A DNA stretch of 63,432 bases, filler included, from Octopus bimaculoides (taxonomy: Eukaryota): the NCBI RefSeq assembly GCF_001194135.2. It is 5 parts of 5 records of this genome, joined end to end, with 100 filler letters (N's around TTAATTAATTAA, not from the genome) between each part and the next. Parts side by side here need not be neighbours in the genome. Positions count along the whole stretch, not along the records: positions 20,626 to 33,253 come from NC_068988.1; positions 33,354 to 53,178 come from NC_068998.1; 3 more parts are not named here. One strand, 5' to 3'. Positions 30,077 to 40,696 of the stretch are shown here, piece after piece. Below the pieces are notes generated by a model, which was given only the letters and a program-made list of their open reading frames with translations, was not told the DNA's origin and ran no database searches. Every line of letters starts with the position of its first letter. The first letter of the stretch is position 1. A program made the position numbers and the translations under genes.

Positions 30077-30789
30077 TGTAAACAATGTACATAATTCCTC
30101 ATCTCTTAAATATAGAACAGTGAATGACTTGGTTACAAGTCCGAACGTGCGCTTAGCATATTCGAACTGGTATTAACATTGCATTTTTACTTATCACCGT
30201 TTAGCGTACTCACGCTGTAATTTGATTGCTATGAGCCGTCGGTTTGCGTTACCAGCCAATGTATATTGATTGGAGAAACACAAGAGAGATTGTCTCTCTT
30301 ATCAGCTCGCAGCGCCTGGTTTCTGTGAATGAAGAAGAGATAAATGCGACATGCTTGCATCTCACAGTCTGCATACATAGCGCTGCGAGCTGATTTGGGT
30401 GTATTTTACACTATATGTCTACAGGGAGAAATTTTCTTCACGATCAAAAACGGTGAATGGCTTGTTTAGGAGTCTGGTCGTGCTCTTAGCATATTCAAAC
30501 TGGTAGTAACACTGCATCTTTAGTTGGAATAATTTGGTATGATGGTGATTTAGTTGCTATGTTTAAGACATAGAGCAGATTTGGATACTCCTATGGATTG
30601 TTTTCAAATTAGATTTCTATATTGGTATGAAATACAAATTCTTCTGGGTTCAACATAGTCTTTCGATCTTCTACAGTAACAGGATATGCTCGGGGTAATA
30701 TAATCGACTGTTCAAAAGCACTCCCCACGCACACCTTCTCAAATATGACCTTCCATAAAAAAGAATAGCTTTTTTTTTTCACTACTAAG

Positions 30790-30965
30790 ACGGCGAGTTG
30801 CCGAGTGGGTAGATTTGTTACAGCATCAGAAAATGCTTTGCTGTATTTCTGCCTGCTCTTTAGATTCGGAATTCAGATCCGGCAGAGATCAATTATGCCA
30901 TTCATCCCTTCTAGGTCGATAAAACACAGTACCAATGACTAACTGAGTTCGGTGGTATCGACTAA
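30790..30965 (+). mobile_element. Decayed tRNA-SINE
   Basis: gacggcgagttgcc..aaatgcttt..gccattcatcccttctaggtcgataaa..agtacca, collinear with 32219. Confidence 0.6.
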
Positions 30966-31439
30966 CTAACATCTAATAATCGCTGACCGTGTGTCTAATT
31001 CAGAACCCATCTTTATTTTTATAAGTGCTACTAAGAAACCTTGTCCTTGTTTAGCCCCAGTCTAACAAATGCATAAACAGATCTTTTATCAAAGATAATC
31101 CAGCCATCACGGTTTTCAATCTCAAACTACTCTACCCAATATGACAATTACGTTCTTAAAGCTATTACAGTGTGATTTGAGACATATTTCGCAGCTATTT
31201 TTAGCAGTTTAGTTTCTCGTAATGGCCGGAAAAAATCCAAGCTATAGCGTCAGAAATAAAGAAGAATCAGTTCGATTAGTGTCAAAGATAAACACCAGTC
31301 CTCAAAACGGGTTCAATAAAAAGCACTAAATACACCTAATATATTCCATGCTCAAAGAAATATTCACTATAATTCTCATATATAAATAATCGCTTTTATT
31401 CTTATTCAAAATAATATTATTGGTTTTGTAGACACGGTA

Positions 31440-31560
31440 CAAATTCGGACAGAGTGTCAAATGAGTTAACTGATTCAATATGTTTGAATTCCATCGGAGA
31501 CGAATTTTACTTCCATCCTCCCGAGATTAATACAAACAGTACCAGTGAGGTACTGGAGTT
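31440..31560 (+). mobile_element. Decayed SINE fragment
   Basis: tgaattccatcggagacg..ttccatcctcccgagatt..agtaccagt. Confidence 0.45.
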
Positions 31561-31722
31561 TTTTAATATAAACTAAACGCTACCGTATGATGTGAAACGT
31601 AGTGTCATTGTTTGAAATAATCATCACCATCATTACTATTATTATTAATATTATAAGTGGTAATAGAAAGATGAGGGGATGAGAGGGAGGGGAGGAGAAG
31701 AGCAACACCAATTGTAGTAGTA

Positions 31723-31736
31723 GTAGTAGTAGTAGC

Positions 31737-31769
<33 letters not shown>

Positions 31770-31779
31770 GGTGGTGGTG

Positions 31780-31863
<84 letters not shown>
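31723..31863. repeat. Compound (TAG)n(TGG)n(TAG)n microsatellite
   Basis: Read directly from the sequence. Confidence 0.95.
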
Positions 31864-32218
31864 ACAACATTTTCTGTTTTTGTGACTGCTACTGCTGTTG
31901 TTGTTACAAGTATTCCTCACTTGCTGTGAATATATATGAAGTCACTAAGTTCCTGACATCATTGGAATTCATAAAAAATCTCTTAGGAATGTATAGCGAC
32001 AGCACAGACTGCCGCTATACACACCCAATCAGTAATAGTGATGATGGCGATAGTAATGGTGGTGGTGGTACTATGGTGGTGGTGGTGGTGGTATTGGAGG
32101 TGGGTGACATCGTTTGCAATGTTGGATCATGGTGATGGTGGTAGCTGTAATGGTTTTGATGATGATGTTTCTGGTAGTGTGAAAATGGCTGTGGTTATAA
32201 TATTAGTAATGGTGAATA

Positions 32219-32581
32219 AGGCGGTGAGCTGGCAGAATCGTTAGCGCGACGGGCGAAATGCTTAGCGGTATTTCGTCTGCCGTTACGTTCTGAGTTGAAA
32301 TTCCGCCGAGGTCGACTTTGCCTTTCATCCTTTCGGGGTCGATAAATTAAGTACCAGTTACGCACTGGGGTCGATGTAATCGACTTAATCCGTTCGTCTT
32401 TTCTTGTTTGTTCCCTCTATGTTTAGCACCTTGTGGGCAATAACGAAATAGGTATTTTGTCTGTCTTTACGTTCTGAGTTCATATTCCACCGAGGTGGAC
32501 TTTGCCTTTCATTCTTTCGAGGTCAATAAATTAAGTACCAGTTGTGTACTGGAGTCGATATAATCGACTGGTCCCCTCCCC
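32219..32581 (+). mobile_element. Well-preserved tRNA-derived SINE with its body duplicated in tandem
   Basis: aggcggtgagctggcagaatcg head and B-box-like gagttgaaattcc. The body gactttgcctttcatcctttcggggtcgataaattaagtaccagt restarts at ~32451. Confidence 0.8.
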
Positions 32582-32886
32582 GCGAAAAAAGTTTCTGACT
32601 TTGTGCTTAGAGGAGAAAAGAATATTAGTAATGGTGGTAGTGGTATTGATGCTGCTAATAGTGCTTGTGGTGGATGAAGTGCTGGTGATGGTGGTTGTGG
32701 TCTGGTAACCTTCGTTGCTAGTATTGCATTGGTGCTGACTTCAATCTTGGTTATCTAATGATGGCGGTGTTCGTGCTAGTCTGGTAGAGAAGGTGGTGTT
32801 AGTGATGATGTTGATAGCATAGGTCTGATATACGTATAGGTGTTATAGTGATAGTAGTATTAGTTGTGGTATGTATAGATATCGTG

Positions 32887-33220
32887 AAGGCGCATGGCTC
32901 AGTGGTTAGAGCGTCGAGCTTATGATCGTGAGGATGTGAGTCCGAATCCCGGACCGGGCTGCGTGCTGTGTTCTTGACCAAGACAGTTTATTTCACATTG
33001 CTCCAGTTCACTCAGCTGTAGAAATGAGTTGCGACGTCACAGGTGCCAAGCTGTATTGGCCCCTTTGCCTTTCCCTTCGATAACACTGGTGGCGTGGAGA
33101 CGGGCGGCTGGCATGCATGTGCGACTGCTGGCTTTCCATAACCAACCTTGCCCGGACTTTGCCTGGGAGGGCAACATTTAGGGGCAAACCCATGTTCAGT
33201 CATGACCGAAGGGGCTCTCA
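32887..33220 (+). mobile_element. tRNA-derived SINE with a Meta-domain-like central region
   Basis: A box tggctcagtgg, B box gagtccgaatcc, then gtgttcttgaccaagacag..ccagttcactcagctgtagaaatgag. The 3' part recurs at ~45730-45810. Confidence 0.7.
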
Positions 33221-33253
33221 GTATAGATATCAAACCATTTAGTGGTTGTAGTC

Positions 33254-33353
33254 NNNNNNNNNNNNNNNNNNNNNNNNNNNNNNNNNNNNNNNNNNNNTTA
33301 ATTAATTAANNNNNNNNNNNNNNNNNNNNNNNNNNNNNNNNNNNNNNNNNNNN
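33254..33353. other. Artificial scaffold linker
   Basis: N44-TTAATTAATTAA-N44. Confidence 0.95.
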
Positions 33354-33493
33354 ATATATATGCATGTATGCAGGATTTTTATGTGTATGTATGAATATAC
33401 GTAGGTGCGCACACTTACATACACACACACGCACACATAACGGTCCCCCACACATAATTATACACATATATACTCCTACAGACAAACACGCAT

Positions 33494-33790
33494 TGTAAGG
33501 GCCCCCCGCCTCTTAACCCCTGACTGCGTAATATAGTTAGAACAGTGTGTCGGTGCGTTGTGCTATAATCTTTGCTCATCTAGTGAAGAATCAGTCAACC
33601 CTCTTCGAAAATGGGAGAGAAATGTAGTTTATTGATCGGGGATCAAGAAGCCGAGGAGAGTAACAGAAGGAGAGCACAGTTAATATAACAAGGTTGTCGA
33701 TTGGCCGCTGGGAGTTGGTCTGAATGGAGAATGGAGAGTGGAGAGTTATTGTATCGAAGTGATTGGATTTGAGGGTCGGATGTAGGAGAA
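33494..33790 (-). mobile_element. Possible solo LTR fragment
   Basis: Minus strand has a TATA-like ttatattaa, then AATAAA, and ends CCCTTACA. No partner LTR is in the window. Confidence 0.35.
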
Positions 33791-34001
33791 ATATTCATTG
33801 CGTATGTATATGTATATATGTATGTAGTATGTGTGCGTGTGTGTGTGTTTGTATATGTATGGAACTAGTTTTTCTTTGTACCTTTCTATAGATCAATATA
33901 TCCAGAAGAATTACACGCACACACACACACGAATACATAAGTATATTTTCATATGTATATATGTATAAATATATATATATATGTTAAATCTCTGAACGAG
34001 G

Positions 34002-34032
<31 letters not shown>

Positions 34033-34822
34033 ATACAGTCGCATGTATACATATANNNNNNNNNNNNNNNNNNNNNNNNNNNNNNNNNNNNNNNNNNNNN
34101 NNNNNNNNNNNNNNNNNNNNNNNNNNNNNNNNNNNNNNNNNNNNNNNNNNNNNNNNNNNNNNNNNNNNNNNNNNNNNNNNNNNNNNNNNNNNNNNNNNNN
34201 NNNNNNNNNNNNNNNNNNNNNNNNNNNNNNNNNNNNNNNNNNNNNNNNNNNNNNNNNNNNNNNNNNNNNNNNNNNNNNNNNNNNNNNNNNNNNNNNNNNN
34301 NNNNNNNNNNNNNNNNNNNNNNNNNNNNNNNNNNNNNNNNNNNNNNNNNNNNNNNNNNNNNNNNNNNNNNNNNNNNNNNNNNNNNNNNNNNNNNNNNNNN
34401 NNNNNNNNNNNNNNNNNNNNNNNNNNNNNNNNNNNNNNNNNNNNNNNNNNNNNNNNNNNNNNNNNNNNNNNNNNNNNNNNNNNNNNNNNNNNNNNNNNNN
34501 NNNNNNNNNNNNNNNNNNNNNNNNNNNNNNNNNNNNNNNNNNNNNNNNNNNNNNNNNNNNNNNNNNNNNNNNNNNNNNNNNNNNNNNNNNNNNNNNNNNN
34601 NNNNNNNNNNNNNNNNNNNNNNNNNNNNNNNNNNNNNNNNNNNNNNNNNNNNNNNNNNNNNNNNNNNNNNNNNNNNNNNNNNNNNNNNNNNNNNNNNNNN
34701 NNNNNNNNNNNNNNNNNNNNNNNNNNNNNNNNNNNNNNNNTATATATGTTTATGAATTCATATAAATATGTATGTATATATATATTTACATTTATGTATA
34801 TGTATATGTATATCTATCTATC

Positions 34823-34853
<31 letters not shown>

Positions 34854-35074
34854 ATACAGTCGCATGTATACATATATCCGTACACACACGCACACACATA
34901 TGTATATATGCGTGTGTGTGTGTGTAAGTGCATACATTCCTCGCAAACGTAAAGGAAAATGTTTCTTCATATGAAACATTAGCAGAGTACGAAGATGAAT
35001 AAATTGAGGTTAAGAATAAAATAACTTAATATAGAAGGATGGCCTAAGTGACATGACACTAGAAAATAACAAGC

Positions 35075-35119
<45 letters not shown>

Positions 35120-35689
35120 TACACACGCATACATTAATCCCCCCGTCCCATGTATTTAGCTGTATAATGTACGGCAGTTATATCATGTGTTTATTAAGGC
35201 ATATTTGTGCGTCTCCATTGTCAGCGGTTAACAGAAAGATTTAAAGAAAAGAAGCAACACGAATTGATGTCAGACAGCAAATACCATACGACTAACACAA
35301 AATTTGGTGAACAGGTGAAATGTGTAGAAATACATTTTTATCTATGTGATTTTATTGTTTTTTTTTTTTTGTTTTAACATTATAATGCTCCAGTTTCAGA
35401 TATTCGCAATAAAAATACAATTTAAACTCAAATTATAATACTGATTATAGATGTAAATAATTCGTAAGTAGAACGAAAATATTTCTTGGTGTGAAGCAAT
35501 AAGCAGAGTGCTCGATGATGGCGAATGAATTCAGATTCAGAGAAGTTGTCTGTTGCAATAAGATGGCCTAATAAAAAAGAAATAAAAAAATATAAATGGC
35601 TGATCGTTAATAAGGAGAGACACAAAAAAGAAAGAAGAAAGTAAAGGACCACTGATGAGGTCACAGAAGTGTGTGTGTGTGTGTGTGTG

Positions 35690-35725
<36 letters not shown>

Positions 35726-36728
35726 AAGAGAGACAGAGACACAGAGAGAGAGAGAGAGTGACTCAAATAAACAGATAACACTTTCGGTTTTCATGTACAA
35801 AATAGATATACACGTATACCTGTAAAAAGAGAAGGCAGACAACATTTTCAGATGAAAATCAATCAAGTATAAATAAATATATATTTTTCATCGATTACAT
35901 AGACTCAAAGAATTAGAGTGGAGAAAGCGTTACAAGTCCGACAGCTGTTTCTGAGGGTTCGGAGTTATTTCATCCTACCGGCAGATGTAGCTGATCACAA
36001 CATTTTTGATCCACTACATCTTCCAACATTATGGCGTAACAACAACAACAACTGTAACAATAAAAAGAAAAAAGACAATGCATTTCAAATTCCAGCGATT
36101 ACTTCTACTGCCACTGCCTCCATCATCATCGTCAGCAGCAGTAGAACCATCACCACCAGCACCACTACCGCCACCGCAAATACCACAACAACAGCAACAA
36201 CAACAGCTCTATTGCCAAAACTAATAACATGAACAACAACAACTAACACCTCGCTACCACCACCACCACCACCACCAATACCACCAGCAGCATTATCAAT
36301 AACAACGGCATGAACAACAACAACAACAGGAACAATGAAATGGAATGAAAACTTCCTCAATCCCAACTTTAAGTGACAAACTGAGATAATTTATCATTAG
36401 GACACTGATTGCTAAACTAATTAATATAATAATTAATGAGATTTTCTCTCCCCACTTCGCCTCGTAATGAATGCGCACTTTTTAATTAATGCATTTACTG
36501 GCAAGGCCTGTTCATCTCATTAACATTGGCCAGTAGCTATCATCACTTTGATGACCGAGTACACATACATATATATATATATATATATANNNNNNNNNNN
36601 NNATATACACGCCATCCACACACGCACACATATACACTCACACATGCATATAAACATGCACACATACAGATATAGGTACTGGCATAAGCAGAGACACACG
36701 CACATACACACACGTGTATATATATATG

Positions 36729-36781
<53 letters not shown>

Positions 36782-37575
36782 TATGTTATGAAATTATATA
36801 TATAGTAAGATAGTAGCAGCCAGGAAAAAGTAATCAACAAAGACATACATGTAACTCTCGGACATATCTTTACAACTGGTGACGACGTGGCCGAAATTGT
36901 TGTTGTAAGGCACGAAATTAAGTTGCTCTTACCTCAAGTTGCAATTGGTGACCATCCCCTATTAGCGTCGGATCCTGGGAAAACCAACCAGACCTCACAA
37001 TTGTAACCACGTCTAAGCTCACCCAACCACTCGCTAACAAGGTCTATTACACTGCGACCGCTCCCAGGACACGACTTGCCCTGGACACAGACCGCGTAAG
37101 AAAGAGAGCGTCTTCAACCTGTTGCTTCCTGACGTGACGTCATGTCGTCCCCCTTCCGGTCCCTTCGTGGCATCAATCCCGTTCCCTTTCGGTCACTCAT
37201 CCTTCTTCTACTCGTTCTGAGTTCAAATTCCGTCAAAGTTGACTTTGCCTTTCATCTTTTCGAGATCGATAAAATAAGAACCAGTTGATTAGCGTTGTTC
37301 CCGTAATCCCCTGCGCTAAAATTCAAAACTGATCTACTCAACTATATTCCAGTAATTTGCTGAAAATTCCAGCCAGATTCTTGCATTCGAGTCTTTTGTG
37401 ACACATTCTTGTAGTTAGTGGAACATTAGTCTAAACTCTAATATATTACAATATATTCTAGAATGAAGAATATTTCTAGGAATCACACTGTCTCCACAAT
37501 TTCAGTCTTGATTAGTCGCCATTTCGGATGCCCCCCAACCCCGCCCCACCACTTATGACTCGTTAAATCTGAAAC

Positions 37576-37610
<35 letters not shown>

Positions 37611-37801
37611 CCTTTATCTTTCATTCACTCTCAACGTCTCTCTCTCTCTCTTGCTCTCCTACCTCTGACTCCCTTTCTCTCTTTCTCTCTCTTTCCTTTT
37701 CCTCAATCTGTCTGGTTCCTTTCCCCTCAGACCCTCTCCTCCCACCTCTCTCCCCCTGTCTCCATTTCCATTTCCCTCATACACACACAGACACACACAC
37801 A

Positions 37802-37869
<68 letters not shown>

Positions 37870-38085
37870 CTCTCTCTCTCTTTCGTTCTTTAACGTCTTT
37901 GATTAGCTACCAAAACTGTTTCTTCTTTGAATCCTCTGATTGGCTAATTGCTATTTTGGAAAGAATTCCTAACGGGTCGAAATTTACCAAGATTATACGT
38001 TTCTCATCGTTCAATATCATCTTTACTTTTTTTTTTCTCGCTGTCTCTCCCTCTCTCTTTCTCGCTTTCCCTCTCTTTCTCTTAG

Positions 38086-38149
<64 letters not shown>

Positions 38150-38410
38150 TCCCTCTCTTTCTCCTTCTCTCTCTCTCTCTCTCTCTCCCTGATTGCTTAT
38201 AGACGATTCTTTGATCAATTTGATTGGCTGAACCATACTTAACATTGACTGCTGTTTCTTGTTGTTGCTGCTGTTCATCTTTTTCATTCTCATTGCACTA
38301 TTATAGTTATTGTTGTTGTTGCTGTTGTTGTCGTCGTTGTTATTGTTGTTGTTCTTTTTCTTCTTTTTCTCTTATTTTTCTTCTTTTCATTCTTCTTCTT
38401 CTTCTTCTTC

Positions 38411-38448
<38 letters not shown>

Positions 38449-38908
38449 GAAAATGAAATATGGCAGGTAGAATCATGAGAGCGTCGGATAAAAATGCCTT
38501 GTGGTATTTAGTTATAGCTCTTTACATGGCAAGACAGCTTAAAATCCGCACACACACACACATACACACACACACTTACACACACACCACAGAGATACAT
38601 ACATATATATGAATGTTTGCATATATAATGTTATCAGTATATGTTATGTGTATATACAAACACACATAGATACATACATAGATATATACACAACGATTTG
38701 ATGGTGTAATCTGATTGGGTAACGGATCAACTCCTTAATGGAAATCTTGCAAGGATGTAATAAATAAACTTGATTAACGCTCAACTTTCAATAAACAAAT
38801 CTGAACAAAACCTTTAGTCAAGTGTTAGTTTATTTCGTTATCCTGTTTTCTTGAGTCTAATTAACGTGTACGACGTAATTATGTTGTCAGACGTCTAATT
38901 AACGCGTG

Positions 38909-40696
38909 TCACATAATTACATTGATACAATACAACTTGAGACATTTTTTTTCCTTCACCACCTTTGGAAGTTCCCTGGATTTCTTCACTGACCATTTGC
39001 TCTGTTTGGATAATCCCAATACACCGTACTTTTTGTTCAGATTCCACCCCTCCTTTTCTTCTTTCTTATTTGCCTTCATTTTCTCTTTCTCTTCATCCAC
39101 TTCCGCCTCTTTCTCTTCATCATTTTCCTTCTCCTTGAAAGCTTCCTCCTCTTCCGCAAACTCTTTCTCCTCCTTCTCCTCTTCTTCAGCTTCATCCTCC
39201 TCCTCTCCCTCTTTCTCCGCCTTCTCTTCCTCCTCCTCTCCCTCTTTCTCCGCCTTCTCTTCCTCCTCCACTTTCTCTTCCTCCTCCACCTTCTCTTCCT
39301 CCTCTGCCTTCTCTTCCTCCTCCACCTTCTCTTCCTCCTCCGCCTTCTCTTCCTCCTCTACTTTTTCCTCCTCCACCTTCTCTTCTTCTTCAACTTCATC
39401 TTCTTCTTCTTCCTTCTCCTCCTCCTCCCCCTCTAGTACATTCTTTGTTTCTATTGGTCTCGCATCTAAGGAGATACAATCATCCTCATCTGATTTTATT
39501 TTCTCCACATCCACTTCCTCTTCCTCTTCATCAGATTCCACACCAGAATTTCGCTTTTTCGTTATTTTCCGTCGTTGACATTTCTTGCGGCCCACTTTCT
39601 TCTTCTTCTTCTTCTTCTGACCTCCTTTCAACATATAATTATGTTTTTTGCCTACAGTCCGAAGAACACATCTCTTTCGATAATATCCTCTTTTCTCAAT
39701 CGTCTTCGTAGTGGTTTGTCTAATTTCCATTTTTTTCGACGAAGATTTTAAACCTTTTGAAGTACTTCTACTTTTGGTTCTTTTCTTTAGCCTTTTCTTT
39801 TTCAGTTTTTTCCCCTCGGTCTTAGGTGGATCATTACTAAAACTTGCGCCTAACATTGCTTCTATTTTTCTAATCATTTCCTCATCTTTTATATTTCGGA
39901 ACGATAAATTCTTAGCCGGAGCACCAAATGCATTGCCCTTACCACCCACAATAGGTGCTTTTTTTATCGCCACCGTCTTATGTTCTTTTTTCACTCGGCA
40001 TAGCCTCGACCTCTTCCCGACATTTTCACTTGGTTTCCCAAGTTTTGTAATATCGTTATCGAGTACTTCCCCTGGACATACATTTTTCTTTTTACTCAAC
40101 GTCTTTTTACCTCCTTTTGTTTTTATCGCTTTTTTAATAATTCCCAGTGGTGAGGATTTCGTTTTACTTCCCGTAATAGTTTTCTTCTCATCAATTTTAA
40201 CCTGATTGAACTTCAACGATTTCACAGTTTTCACAATAGCACCATGGTTTGTTTTATGCTTCAGAGGAGGAAATCGGTTGATCGTACTTTTCCCACCTAT
40301 CACTGTAGTAGCTTTCTTTCGAGTACCGTTCTTCGCTTTCTTCTTTAAATTCACACAACTTCCTTCTCTTGTAACCTTCGCTAGAAGATAATAAACACAA
40401 CAAGACTGTGTCGTTAATTTATCTGAATCGCTCGTCTCTTTCTTTTTTTTGCATTTCCTTCCATGGTATTTCGATTTGGAGGATTTTTTCCTCTTTCCAT
40501 TTTCTCTAGTAATGTTTTCATCTTGTCTCCCATTCTTGGGCAGTTCCTTATTACAACGACTGGTTATTTTCGAAATATCTCCATAAAAATCTTTCTTTTT
40601 CTTCGGAAGTGTGTGGCTGTTAATCACTCGATGTTTTATTCTGTTTCTGAGCAGTTCATTGCTGCTGACTTCGGATAGATCAGAATCACATACCAT
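38909..40696 (-). CDS. Hypothetical 595-aa protein with a Lys-rich basic N-terminal part and a Glu-rich acidic repeat region
   Basis: Stop-free for 1788 nt, including about 380 non-periodic codons. It has EEEEK(V/A) hexapeptide repeats and no recognisable domain. Confidence 0.6.
   Translation of the reverse strand: MVCDSDLSEVSSNELLRNRIKHRVINSHTLPKKKKDFYGDISKITSRCNKELPKNGRQDENITRENGKRKKSSKSKYHGRKCKKKKETSDSDKLTTQSCCVYYLLAKVTREGSCVNLKKKAKNGTRKKATTVIGGKSTINRFPPLKHKTNHGAIVKTVKSLKFNQVKIDEKKTITGSKTKSSPLGIIKKAIKTKGGKKTLSKKKNVCPGEVLDNDITKLGKPSENVGKRSRLCRVKKEHKTVAIKKAPIVGGKGNAFGAPAKNLSFRNIKDEEMIRKIEAMLGASFSNDPPKTEGKKLKKKRLKKRTKSRSTSKGLKSSSKKMEIRQTTTKTIEKRGYYRKRCVLRTVGKKHNYMLKGGQKKKKKKKVGRKKCQRRKITKKRNSGVESDEEEEEVDVEKIKSDEDDCISLDARPIETKNVLEGEEEEKEEEEDEVEEEEKVEEEKVEEEEKAEEEEKVEEEEKAEEEEKVEEEEKVEEEEKAEKEGEEEEEKAEKEGEEEDEAEEEEKEEKEFAEEEEAFKEKENDEEKEAEVDEEKEKMKANKKEEKEGWNLNKKYGVLGLSKQSKWSVKKSRELPKVVKEKKCLKLYCINVIM

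Noticed and set aside
38922-40391. Plus-strand Ser/Phe-rich ORFs
   Set aside because: They mirror the Lys/Glu-rich minus-strand ORF.
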